60,000 nt of DNA from Camelus ferus (Eukaryota), in assembly GCF_009834535.1 (NCBI RefSeq), contig NC_045698.1:374001-434000 (forward strand), written 5' to 3'. A model generated the notes under the pieces. That model had not been told where the DNA came from. It did not search any database and saw only the letters and a program-made list of their open reading frames with translations. The first letter of the stretch is position 1. Every line of letters starts with the position of its first letter. Below, one piece after another: positions 1-11,220 of the stretch. The translations under genes and the position numbers were made by a program.

Positions 1-149
1 TGTGGGCCTCACCTCCAGCAACAGGCCCCGCGCTTGGAGCTTCTTTTGGGAGGAGTTTGCCTAGGGGGCCCTGTCCCCGCAGGGCTGCCTGACCTGTGCC
101 CGGCCAAGCACCCGAGCTCAGGGAGCGCACCCGCTGGGCGGCAGACAAT

Positions 150-1518
150 GTGCACAAGTTCCCGCTCAGGACTGTCTTGTGGCCCCCAGACCCCAGGCCA
201 GGTGTGAAGGCGAGGGCGCCCAGCGGTGACCAGAACCCGGATGGCCTCCTGCGTCCCCAGGGGCCTGTGTGCGGTGGGGTCAGATGAGGAGACCGGCTCC
301 AGCTGGGGGCCGTAAAGGGAGGGCCCGCTGAGGGTGGGTGTAGGGGGTGCAGTGGTCAGGGTGAGGTTGGAGGAGGCTCAGGCTGGGGCATCCCTGCCTG
401 AGAATCAGCTGGTCAGTGAGACCCCAGGGTCTGGGCTGCCCTGGGTGGAGGGTGGTGCACAGGGTTCCTCAAACCGCCCCTGCGCCAGGCGCATGGCCAG
501 ATCCAGTAGGACTCACTGCCTCTGGGCCCTCTGTCTTTCTGTCTGTCTGTCTAGCTGCTCTCAGCTCCCCGCTTCCACGGCCCTCACCCCTGTCCCTCTC
601 TAGTGGAGCTACAAGAGAAGGTGGGGCCTGGGAGGGCCTCGGGGGTGGGGCAGGGGGGCCTGGCGCATTGGTGGTCCTCACTTGAGGCCCCAGTTCAGCT
701 TCAGGCTGATTGAACTTGGGGTGAGTTGTAGGAGATCATGGTGCATTGGTGGAGTTGCAGCCATGCCTCATTTGGGGTTCAAGTGGAAGAGCAGGGTGCC
801 AGGCCCCCCACAAGGGCCTGGGTCCCAGGTCCCAGAAGAGGACCAGGGCCAGCCCGGCTCCCCACTTCTGGGCTGCAGGACAGGCCACTGGCTGAGCTCT
901 GCCCCATGCTTCTAGGATGAGATGGTTGTTAGTACAAGTGACACCCAGCAGCCCCCAGTCTGCCCACCTCTTTAGCCAGGCCGGGTGCACAGGCCAGGTT
1001 TCCAAGGCAGGTGCCATCTGGCTGTGGGCAGGCAAGGCCGACACCTTAAACCTGTGGCTTTCCCACCGTGACCACAGACACCTCTCTTGAAAAGCCCAGC
1101 TTGAGTTTCACCAAGCACGGTCTGGGCTCCAAGGTGCCCCTTCCCCCCGTCCCCCAGGACCCCTCCAGGATCCTGCTGGAGTTTGAGCAGCACCAGATTC
1201 ACCCAGGTCTTCTTCTCTGCGGAGGGTAATCTGCATTTCAACAAGGAAGCGAGACACCTTGGTGGATGCACAGCCCTAAGGTTGGAGCGTCCCCCAGGCC
1301 CTTGAAGCCACATTTAGTCCCTCCCTGAAGCTCCAGGACCCAGAGCAGGAGGAGGCAGCAGCTGCGCCCAAAAGCACGGCCGGCAGTGCTGCATGGAGAG
1401 GGCTCTCGTTCCCGACAGAGACCCCCTCGGATCATGACCCTGCCCGGCGGCCCCGGGCTCTGGCCCCAGTGACTTCTGCAGCAGCCACTCACCCAGCGAC
1501 CTTACTCAGGAAAGGGGC
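150..1518 (-). pseudogene. Remnant of third trypsin-like domain (4 exon remnants)
   Basis: Acceptor at 1519-1520, then K-VAG (1503-1492), GEWLLQKSL (1493-1467, cf. GEWPWQxSL) and ACT GCC GGC CG- TGC TTT (1387-1371, cf. TAAHCF). Exon 1230-1052 has LVLLKLQ (1196-1176), QTV and SVVT-W (1078-1062, cf. CVVTGW). TACTAAC branch point at 934-928 and acceptor at 912-913, then PVLQ (884-873). GAGLLI* (near 300-280) and VT-W (230-220). Confidence 0.65.
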
Positions 1519-1534
1519 CTGGGGCAGGGGACAG

Positions 1535-3400
1535 TCTGACAGTCAGATTTGGCTTCAAAGCAAAATTTGTATTCATTCCCCAGGAAATCCCTGCCAATCA
1601 CTGACTTGCTCAAGGAAATGCTCAGATGGTTCAGTTTTTCCAGCCCACACTCTGAAGGAGAGTGGTCGTGTGCTGTGGCTGGGGAGGTGGTGGCCAAGCG
1701 GTGTTGGCTGGGCGTTACAGCAACCAGGTACAAGCTACATAAGGACTGGGACAAAACGATTCTAAATTTCACACAGGGAGGAGACAAAAGACCCAGGCCA
1801 CTGGACACAACACTGAGGGAGAGGAACAGACCTGGAGGACTGACACTGCCCGGCCTCAGGATTGACTGGAGCCACAGCAGTGGGGCCAGGGCGGTGCCGG
1901 TGAGAGAACAGACGGGCACAGCGGGACGGAACAGAGAGCCCAGAAGCAGCCCTCTAAGCGCGGACCACTGACCTCCGGCAGAGGAGCGAAGGCGACGCCG
2001 CGGGGCAGGGACGGTCCTCCCAGCATGCGGTGCTGGAGGAGCTCACGTCCACGTGCCGGAGACGAACGGAGACTCAGACCTCACCCCCGCCCCCCCAGAC
2101 AACTCAAAGCGGATCACGGGCCTCAGTGTGAAACGTGGAACTATGAACCTCCCAGAAGACACGATGGGAGAAAGCCGTGGTGGCCCTGGGTCTGGTGGTG
2201 AGTTTTCAGGCACGACACGCAGACAGGATCCCTGTCGTGATAAGAGTTAATCGGCCAGACTTCATTAAAATTAAAAACATCTACTGTGCAAAATACGGTT
2301 CCAAGAAATGAGAAAACAAGCCGCAGACTGGGAGAACGTTCGCAGAAGACACATCTGGAGAAGGACAGGCATCCAGAATACACAAAGAGCTCTTAAAACT
2401 CAGCGTTTAGGTAGCAACCCAGTTTAAACAACGGACCTAAGATCGTAACAGGCCTCTCACTAAAGAAGACAAACAGACTCCAACAAGCATGGAAACACGC
2501 TCCACTTCACGTGTCCTCAGGGAAACGCAAACGGGAACAACCATGTGATGCCAGAGTGCACCATCCGCGCGGCTGCAGCCGGGGTGACGAGCAGTCGGAG
2601 CCCCGCTTGTGGTCGCAGGGGGTGCCCTGGCACAGCTGCCTTGGAAGACAGTCTGGTGGTGTCCCACAAAGCTAAACGTCCTCTTTGCATCCGATCCAGC
2701 AGTCACATCACGGCACTTGGGACTTACCCAGAGGAGCAGAAAACAGGTCCACACAAAGACCTGCTCACAGGCATCTACGGCAGCTTCATTTTACAACTGC
2801 CAAAACCTGGAAGCTCCCGAGGTGCTCCTCAGCAGGTGAACGCATAAACTGTGGTCCATCCAGACAATGGAATATTATTTGGCTCTTAAAAGAAATGCGC
2901 TTCCAAGCCCCAAGAAGACATGGAGGAACCTTAAACGCATGACGCTAAGTGAAGGAAGCCCATCTGAAAAGGCTGCATCCTGTGTGATTCCACCCTCTCG
3001 ACCTTCTGGAAAAGGGAGACTGCCGAGAGGTAAACAGCAGTGGTTGCTAAAGGCTGGGTGGGAGGGGGCAAGCAGGGGGAGCACAGGGGAATTTGCGGGC
3101 AGTGACACTACCCTGAGCGACACTACAATGGTGGATACACGTTCCTGCACTTTTGTCCAGACCCACAGAATGTACAACACCGAGTGAACCTGATGTGGAC
3201 TGGGCTCTGGGTGGTGATGGTGAGTCCATGCAGGCTCCTCCATCGTAACCAAGTCCCTTCTGGTGGGGAGGCTGATGGCTGGGGGGCCGGGCAGGTGGGG
3301 TCACAGGATGTGGGTACCTCTGCACCTTCCTTTCAATTTTTCTCTGAACCTACAACTGCTCTAGAAAAATAAAATCTTGTAAAAATAGGAAGAGAAAACA
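1535..3400 (+). mobile_element. Old L1 (LINE-1) 3' portion: ORF2 C-terminus and 3'UTR
   Basis: Translation DKTILNFTQ...KRPR...RNRPGGLTLP resembles L1 ORF2 (EKTILKFIW..KRPR..KNKAGGITLP). Typical L1 3'UTR motifs (caatggaatattatttggc) and an A-rich end near 3365-3405. Confidence 0.85.
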
Positions 3401-3449
3401 AAAAGCATGTTGGGTGGAACAATGGAATTTAGTCAGTCCACAGGATGAG

Positions 3450-4345
3450 CAGGACTTGGCGATGGTTCAGGTGGCCTGAGAGCATGCCATTGGAGGGTCG
3501 TGACCTTGGCTGGTGACCCCTTCCTGGTCCAGTCCAGGCCCTTGGCCTGCGGGAGGCCAAGCCAGCCCTTTAGAAGGTGGGCGGGTCATCAGCCCCCTGC
3601 TGCCCCTGGAGAAATGGAAGCCCCCTGAGACCTGGCCCTGCACCCACCTCTCCCCCCACTTCCAGCCTCTGTGGGAGCCGCCCTCCCTCCAAAGCCTGTC
3701 CTCACTGTCGCTGAGCTGTTCCCACCCGCAGCCTTGAAGACAGCCCCCTCCCTGCACCACTTACGTTTTGTAGCATCTGTCTCCCCGCACTCGGACCCGA
3801 GTCAGTGCTGGTCCCCTGGTGCCTACAAGGGGCCTTGCCTGTGGAGGGACACACCAGCACACGAGGCACAAGGCAGGGATGGTGAGGAGTGGATGATGGA
3901 GGGCACGGCACCTGCCCACTGCTGCAGTCCCGAGGGAGTCCTGGTCTGGGCCAGCTGCGTGGACGGTGTGGACATGGTATCAGAAGTCAGCTCTGCTTGG
4001 TTCGCAAGATCATTCAGGGATGAGGATGCTTCGAGTTTTCTTTATTAGGAAGACCCTGTGCCGATCGCTCAGATGGCCCAGGTGGGTGATGCCTTTGCGC
4101 CTTCTGCAAACACAGTCACGATGGGGGGCTGGAAGGGGCTGGAAGGCAGCCAGGAGGCAGGGGCGGAGAAGCGGTGAAGGGCCCTCTCAACAGGACATCC
4201 AGCAGCTCTGGGTCCTGGGGGGCTTTGCTCCCTGGGCCTCACGCCCTTCTCTGGGGACAGTCACCAGGGCCTTGTCACCATCAGACATCAGAGTGAGTGT
4301 GGTCAGGAGCTTGGTGGACCGAGGACCTCAGCAGGGCCACACTTG
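3450..4345 (-). pseudogene. Remnant of second trypsin-like domain
   Basis: WPC (4339-4331) and CTC CTG ACC ACA -CT CAC TCT (4309-4290, cf. LLTAAHC). Exon 4103-3912 has RSILIP, NDLA (4014-4003), AEL and F*YHVHTV (3979-3962). Exon 3822-3765 ends GETDATK then gtaagt (cf. GKTDACK). Acceptor at 3606-3607, then G-SRG-LMT and QEGVTSQGHD (GVTSQG at 3520-3503). Confidence 0.6.
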
Positions 4346-4399
4346 TTGGGCTCACTGGGCTTCTGGGGCAGGCAGGAAGTGTGGGTCGGAGGGTCTGGG

Positions 4400-6702
4400 G
4401 TAGCGGCTGGTGATGACTGCCTCCGAGAACACCACCGGCCTGGACACACGTCACATGCCTGCTCGGAGGAGCCCCAGAGTGTCCGCCCTGTGCACGCCCA
4501 GCTGTTAGCCTTGTGTGGTTTTACGACACCCTAATCAGCAAAGGAGAAATGATTAACTGTCAGGAGCAATTAATGGGACTGGACGTCCTGCCATTTGAAC
4601 ACAGAGAGCTGCTGGACAGGAATGTGTCAAAGAACAGGACTGTCCCACTGGGCGGCTTCTGATGGCCAGGCAGGGCTCCTGCCTGGATATCGAGGGCCGG
4701 AAATCATTTTATGATCAAGTCACCTTTAGCCAACCTCACTCTTGAGAAGGCGAAGGGTCAGTGCCGGAAGCAAACACACTTCTGGCCAAGCACAGGCCCA
4801 AGGCGCTGGCCGAGAGCCGTGGGAGAGGCTGGCGCCTGGGATTCCTCACCCTGTGTGATTTTTACACTTCACAATTGTCTGAGCAGAGTGGGGAGGGCGG
4901 TGGGGCTTGCGGCTGCTCTGATCAGACACTGGGGTCTCCGGAACGCAGAGCCTGGCTCAGCCATGTGCTGGTCCTCTCCCCGGGAGGTGCCTCCCCGTCT
5001 TAGCTGCTGAGAAGCTGCTGAGGGGCCTCTGAGCAGAGCCAGAGCTGTTCCTCAGGAAGGCTTGAGGCAGCCCACGGCCACCCAAGGGTGCCTTCTGCCT
5101 ACCCTCTGGGCCCGTCCAACCCCCTCACCTTGTCAAGGGCACAGGGACAGGGGATCCTCGGGGCTGCTGCCTCCCCACCCCTCTCAAGGCTTCAAGCCCC
5201 CACCCCCAGCACAGAAGAGTCCACAGAATCAGCCCTGGACACCGAGGGGCACAGGGTCAGGACTTCGGTTCCTCTCATTCCTGCAGGCTCAGCCTGTGCA
5301 CCTTTGGCAGCGCTGGGAGGGTTCTGGGAAGGTGGTGAAGGAAAGTGACTTTGTCTGTCCTGCGAAGGCCAGAGCAGCTGCCAGGCGCTTATCCGGGAAA
5401 GCCAGCCCCGTGGTCATGACTGCCATTTTGTGACCCCGCCCTCGACCTTGGGGAGTCCACACTGGGCTTTTCCATGGTAAGTTGCTGCGGGACCTTGAGG
5501 CAGGGGCTGGCCTGTGGGGTCTGCCCTGTACCTCGGTGAGGCCTTGCTCTGGGCTGGGACAGCACATACTCAGGGCTTTGAGACGATGGGTGAGTGGGCC
5601 CGGGACATGGCCCCTCCTGCCAACAAAGTCCCCGGAGTTAAAGGTGTGGACTCTGTGACACCTCATTACGCCTGCGCTAGGTAGGCCTGCCCATCTGACT
5701 CCCTGCTTCAGAGGCAGGGGAGCTGTCTCCATAGCCCAACGCGAGGCCCTGATGCTCAGGAACTGGGTTCCCACCCGCCGCTGCCTCCTGCCCACTCTCG
5801 TTAAACTTATGGACCCATCCTGGAGAATCCCCCCAGGCAGGACAGAGGGCCTAGCATGGGCCCCAGGAGCAGAGCGGGTGCTCCAGAGGCTCTGAGGAGC
5901 AGGAGGGGCCCGCCAGACCGGGGGTCTCCCGCCTGCCGCCCTGAGCCTGGCTGAGTGAGTACTGTTCCATGGCCACCCTGGCCCAGCCCCCAGGACCCGC
6001 TGAGCTGGGAAGGGGGAGCTTTGCCTTCAAGCGGACCAGACATCAGAGGCACTGAAATGGGGGCCCAGCCACCTAGAAGAACTGTTCTCAGCACCCTGGT
6101 CGGCCTTGGCATCCCCAGCTCAGCTGCAACACACTGGGCGCAGGGGGCTCCCAGTCAAGCCATCACACAGCCCAGGGGTGCAGTCAGGGGCCCAGGGTCA
6201 AGGCTGTTCACATCTGGCACCAGCAAAGGGGGTGAGTCTGAGTCTGGCCCACATGGGTCTGGACTCAGAAGCAGGTGCCATCAGGCAAGCCGCTGGGAGA
6301 AGGGCTGGCTAGGCCGTTGTGGGGTCAGTGGGTTGGGGAGCTGCTTCCCCAGGCTGGCCCCGTCCCCAGACCACAGGGGCAGGCTGGCCTTCTGGGAGGG
6401 ACCCCGTGGGTGCAGCTTGTCAGGGAGGCTGCACATGTTGGGGGCAGTCCCCATCCGCAGGTGGCTGGCCAGGGTCAGCAGACAGAGAGATCCGGTCAGG
6501 ACAAGGCTCCTGCAATGCTCGTGCCAAAGGGCTCTTTGCTCTGCTCCCCTGAGGCTCAGGCCAGATGGAGAAGGCCCCAGCCCTGCCCAGATCTGCACTG
6601 GAGCCAAGTGCTGGCCCCTCAGCCATCGTGCTGGGGCTGGCGTCCTGCCCCTTGGGAGACCTGAGCCCAGGGAACACCCTCCCCGAATACCACGCTGGGC
6701 AG
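4400..6702 (-). pseudogene. Remnant of first trypsin-like domain
   Basis: Acceptor at 6703-6704; GQDASP (6650-6633), HCRSLV (6517-6500), LLTLASH (6481-6461). HDHG-LA (5418-5400), LAAALAFAGQ (5384-5355), FPEPSQ (5330-5313), CTG-TGA (5300-5289, cf. TGW). Acceptor at 4488-4489, then GHSGAP (4484-4467, cf. GDSGGP), GRW (4440-4432) and ITS (4414-4406). Confidence 0.6.
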
Positions 6703-7779
6703 CTGTGAAGGACAAATGACCCAGTACCTCTGGGCTGTGGTGTGTGGGTAGCGCCGGGTCGGCCAAGGCCGGCAGATGAGCCCAGCTTTTGCCCGAACAG
6801 GCCGGATCTCGCCAGGCAGCGGACCTCATGGCCTCGCCGTTTCCGCAGGTGCCACACCGCTCCAGGGTCCTTTCACAGAAAGTGCACAGTGAATCATTTC
6901 CCACTCATGTCAGTGAATAAATATCCCTTCTGTGCCAAGTTTACTCCTGCCATAGTAGTAAGCCTGGTGTTTGGACTGGGCACACTGTATGGAGATACTT
7001 CCTCACCAGAAAGGGGAGGGAGCTTTTGATCCGTGCTGGGGGCAGTGGTGGGGGGGCACAGCGTGGGCAGCTCTTCCCGGGGGACAGGCAGGTGTGGGCC
7101 TGAAGGGCCAGTGTGCACATGGACACACACTCAGGTCCGTGCCACACGTCTCACGGGCGGCCTAAGCTGGGCCGATGAAACACATGACCGTTTGTCCACA
7201 TGGTGGGTGTTACGCTGCCTTCACAATTTCAGAGAATTTTAGTGACGTGGGAAACAGTTCCCTATGTGGTGTTAGGAGAGAAGGACATCGAGCCCCTCGC
7301 AGGTGCCGTGTGACGGTGACTACAGAGGCCAGGGAGCGTCACACCTGGACGCTGACTGCGCGGAAACGCAGCGAGGTCCCTACGATGCTCTAGGCAGTAG
7401 GGCTTGGGCGGTTTGATTTCATTAACTTTTACTTTTCCACAGCTGCCAATCTTTTTACAGTGAACACACGGGGCTTACAAACAAGTAGAAAAGTTATTGT
7501 TAAAAGTGGCTGTGGCCTCCCTTCCAGCTAAGATGGAGTAACGGGCACCAGAACACAAACAACACAGAAATAATATATGAAACGAAGGTTTTCAAGACAT
7601 TGGACATCCGGCAGCAGAGAAAAGGGATTTCTGAGCTGTGGGAAACAAGTCACGATGCATCTGGGACTTGTGAGTTGTGTAGGGCGAGTGCGTGTGAGGG
7701 CGGCGTGGGGCCACGCACCTGTGCGGGCCGTCGTTGGTGTCGTATCAGCGGGAGGCAGAGGGTGGTAAACAAAGGTGTC

Positions 7780-8545
7780 GATCGCAAGCCCCAAAGCAAC
7801 CAGGAAAACACAGCAAACACAGCGACTCTCAGCCAAGAACCAACAAAGAAGATTATTATTATTTCCTACAGAATGATTTAACAAATGCAATCTGGAAGGA
7901 AAAGGGAAGAGAGGAAAAGAGAACAGATGGGGCAAGTAGGAAGCGAATGGGGAGGTGGTGGGTTTGTCATTGTTTAGCCATCGTGCCAAATGTAAGTGGT
8001 CCAAATGCCCCGATTAGGCACGCCAAGACACAAATACACAATTCCCACAGGAAACCCACCTGCAATTAAAGCCATGACTACACTAAAAATGCCTGGAGAA
8101 AATGAAGCATGCCAAGCCCAAACGAAGGCAGCTGGAGAGACGAAGTCAACGTCCAGACAGAAGCAACGCAGACGGCACGTGCAGCTGGGCACGTGCAGCA
8201 GGGGCATCCAGACGGTGCACACACTGCCAGCGGTGAGAGGGGTGAGCCCTTAACACATGCAAAAATGTCCACGAGTCTCAAGATAACCATTCTGAGTGAA
8301 ATAAGTCAGACCAAAGGCAAGAAAAGTAAGTGCTGTTTTATTACGTTTTTAAAAGTTGCAGAAAATGCCTCCTAGTCAATCTTGGTGGCAGAGAGCTGGT
8401 CAGAACTTGCCCGGAGACTCGGGGGATGTGGACTGGGAGGGGTGGAGGGAGCGATCGCAGGGGGCCCGGGAGTCTTTGGGGTGAGGGAGATGCTCCTTAT
8501 CTTGTTTGTGGTGGTGGTTTCTTGAGTGTAGACTCTTGTCAAAAT
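7780..8545 (+). mobile_element. Highly diverged L1 fragments (ORF2 endonuclease piece and 3'UTR)
   Basis: aaatgtaagtggtccaaatgccccgatta resembles the LNVNGLNAPIK-coding sequence; attctgagtgaaataagtcagac is an L1 3'UTR motif. Confidence 0.55.
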
Positions 8546-8799
8546 GGATCGAAGTGATGTTGGTCTGAGTGGCTCCATCCTGTTGCCTCAGCAGAATCGG
8601 TGATTGTTCTGCTCTGGAGCAAGGCCCAGACTTGGTAAGAAGCAGAACCGGGGACCCAGGCATGAGCAGATGGAGGAGGGTCTGCCCCAGGGCGGGGGAG
8701 GGACGCTTGCACTGGACTCTGCAGGGGCATGTGGGGCCACACCTCGGAAGCAGGGACCTGTCGGGGTGCAGGGGGACCTCTGTAGTGGTTGGTGGCAAG

Positions 8800-11102
8800 G
8801 AGCATCAGAGAGAAGCAAGAGCCGCCCTTCTAGGCGTCTTTCTTGGTGGATCCTTCAGGCAGTCTCTGCCCAGGATCCATCTCACAGACTGAACTCCGGT
8901 ATCTGTCACACACACCCACGGGAGACGCCAGGAATCAGGCAACCTGAGAGCGGTCAACCCCAGTCCTGTTGCTGCCAGTGTCTCCTCCCCAGTTTGGAGT
9001 TTCGAATGCCAGTCACCCAACACTTCCTTCTAAGAAAGCCTTAAGACCACGAGGGCCACGAGGACCACGAGGGCCACGAGGGCCACAAGGGCCGCGAGGG
9101 GCGCTCCCGCAGCCGCGTTCGCTGCTGGTCAGGTTTCCCTGCTGGTTGCCATAGCCTGTTTATGACGAGGGAAATAAACGCACCATCACCTTTCACCAAA
9201 CCACCCGGCTACTTGTTTAGGGTGCACACCCCATCTGCTTCCCAGAGGAACTTCGGGCCAGCTGTAAAATTATGCTCAATGCAGAGCAAGACTGCTATAA
9301 ATAGAAAACACGCAGAGGTCTCCGGCGCCGGGAGGGGTCCCACGAGAGGCGCCCAGGCGAGCACAGAGGCTGCTGGCGTCCTCCCTGGCGACCTTCCCAG
9401 GGTTGCTTAACTTTATGATTCCTTATCCACAGCCCTCCTCACGTTGCTGTCCTGTGAACGATCCGGGTGAGCACCTGGCAGCCAGCTCGCCAGGGCCCTC
9501 CTGGGGCCCTTCCCAGAGGAGCCACGGCCCCACTCCCCAGCTGGGGAAGCTCGGGGCCCCGCCTTAAGCTAGGTGGCAGTCCTCATCCAGCGATGGTCAC
9601 TAAGAACTTGCAGCCATGGGCCCACAAGCTCCCTATGTACCTCTGCCCCTGGGCCTGACCAGGGGCCCTGCCACACAGTAAGTCCTGTCCCTCCCCTCTC
9701 TGGAGGCCCACACCCAGCTCCTTTCTGAGAAGAAACCAGCCTGGCCATCAGGCCTAAGTCCTGAGCACAACAAAATGCAGACATACGTCCACGCTGGACC
9801 GAATGAAGGGTGACCCAGCTGTTCTGTTCTGCGGGCATTTCCTAGATAAAACATCTGGTATAGAGATAAGAACACAGCCACCAATGTTTGTAGGGAAAAA
9901 ATAGGCAGAAAATGGACATGAACAGCAGGGCGCTCACTGCCTGCTGGGCAGTCGTGATGCCGGGCCTCGGGCTGTCCCTGGGAGGTATCTTTTCTCTCCA
10001 AGGTTCCTGGGCCAGCGGGGGTGTGGGCAAGATGTGGGGTCAGGCAGAGGGAGGCGTGGACCCTCAGGGGCCTGACAGGAAGGACTCGGAGGTGGGACCA
10101 GCACAGGTTTTGAGTTCCAGGCCACATGGGCCCACGTCCTGCAGCGCCAGGATGGCTGTGCGCCGAGGACACTTTACTTCTGTCACCTCCACCCCAGCTG
10201 TCACCTGTTACCGAGGCTTGGGGGCCAGGCCCACAGGACAGATGATGAGGACTGCTGCAGGAAGTTCTCGCCCGGGGGCTGCCTGTGTCTGTGTTTGCTG
10301 GCCCCCCGGCGGGTGAAGAGACCAGCAGACCTTCCTCCTCCTGTTTGTTATGGAGGCGCACCTGTTAATGAGGGCGTAAAGCTGTTGGAAGTGGAGTGTG
10401 GAGGGCGTCCCGTTCTGGAAGGTAAGGTGCAGCCTCTTGACTGCCTTGCCGTGGACCTCGGGAGTCTCTCTTCTCTGTGACTGAATTGGAGAAGGGTGGG
10501 AAGATTTGGGATTCTGGAGACTAGTGCTGCCCTGGGAAGCCTGGCTTTTGTGTTCCTGGAACTGTTTCCATGGGAGAGGCCAACAGAGGGAGGGCAGAGC
10601 GTCAGCTGGGGCCGAGACTCTCAGCAGCAACACCCGGGCCTCCTCCTCCTGTGGGGAGGGGGAGTCTGCCCCCTCCCCACAGGGATGGTGCTGTATTGTC
10701 ACAGACCTCCTGCTGCCCCACTGAGGAGGGGATGGTGGCCCCCGTGGCAGCTTCCAGGGCCCTGCCGTCTCCAGGAACTTCTCCTGGCGGGGGAGGTTCT
10801 CAGGTGTGCTCACTGGATTCTGACCTCCCACCCTTAATTCTGATTAAGTATAAAAACCTTGTGAGAATAAACAAAATGAGCACGTCCACTCCCAAGATAC
10901 AGGAAAGTGATCAGGATGGCAACGTGCCTGCTGTGCAGTGGGTTGAAAAGGAGAGGAGGAACGAGCAAGGGAGGGGACCTGGGCGGCGGGCGGCCCCAGC
11001 AGCCACCTGCTGGACAGCCCTGCTTCCCTGGGCAGAGGCAGAGGCCGAGGGCAAGGCTGGCCAGGAGGAGCAGCAGGATTCTGGACAACGCCCAGTGGCT
11101 AT
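8800..11102 (-). pseudogene. Putative TM-anchor and SEA-like exon remnants of the protease pseudogene
   Basis: Hydrophobic ILLLLLASLALGLCL (about 11080-11030) and HVAILITFLYLG after an acceptor at 10931-10932. Exon 10474-10362 (AG..GT, VHGKAVKRLHLTFQNGTPSTLHFQQLYALINR) joins in phase to exon 9841-9787 (KCPQNRTAGSPFIRSSVD). Further acceptors near 9295 and 8903. Confidence 0.45.
9045..9100. repeat. 9-bp tandem repeat (gaggRccac) about 6 copies
   Basis: gaccacgagggccacgaggaccacgagggccacgagggccacaagggccgcgaggg is visible directly. Confidence 0.85.
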
Positions 11103-11220
11103 GGCCTGGCTGGGATGCCAGACCAGCACCAAAGCTGTTGAAGCCCCTCTTGACAAACAGCTCTGCTGGAGGAAAGGGGCAGGACTTGATGAATCCATGA
11201 TCATTTCCTCCCCTGTCCAA

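Larger units (their letters stand above)
150..11102 (-). pseudogene. Decayed multi-exon type II transmembrane polyprotease pseudogene (TM, SEA-like, LDLa-like, 3 trypsin-like domains; polyserase-1/TMPRSS9-like architecture)
   Basis: Trypsin-family motifs occur in correct order three times on the minus strand, mostly just inside AG/GT splice signals, with stops and frameshifts. Domain 1: GQDASP, HCRSLV, LLTLASH, LAAALAF, FPEPSQ, CTG*, GHSGAP, GRW..ITS. Domain 2: WPC, LLTT-HS, NDLA..AEL, YHVHTV, GETDATK, GVTSQG. Domain 3: KVAG, GEWLLQKSL, TAG-CF, LVLLKLQ, QTV, VVT-W, PVLQ, GLLI*, VT-W. Manual motif matching only. Confidence 0.65.

Noticed and set aside
5955..6719. 254-aa + strand ORF and many similar GC-rich ORFs
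   Set aside because: Stop-poor GC-rich sequence, no homology recognised; the meaningful motifs lie on the opposite strand.
9045..9110. RGPRGPRGPQGPRG collagen-like translation
   Set aside because: Product of a 9-bp tandem repeat with no exon context.
1..11102. SLC9A3 exons (expected neighbour by human synteny)
   Set aside because: No NHE3-like coding sequence recognised in the window.
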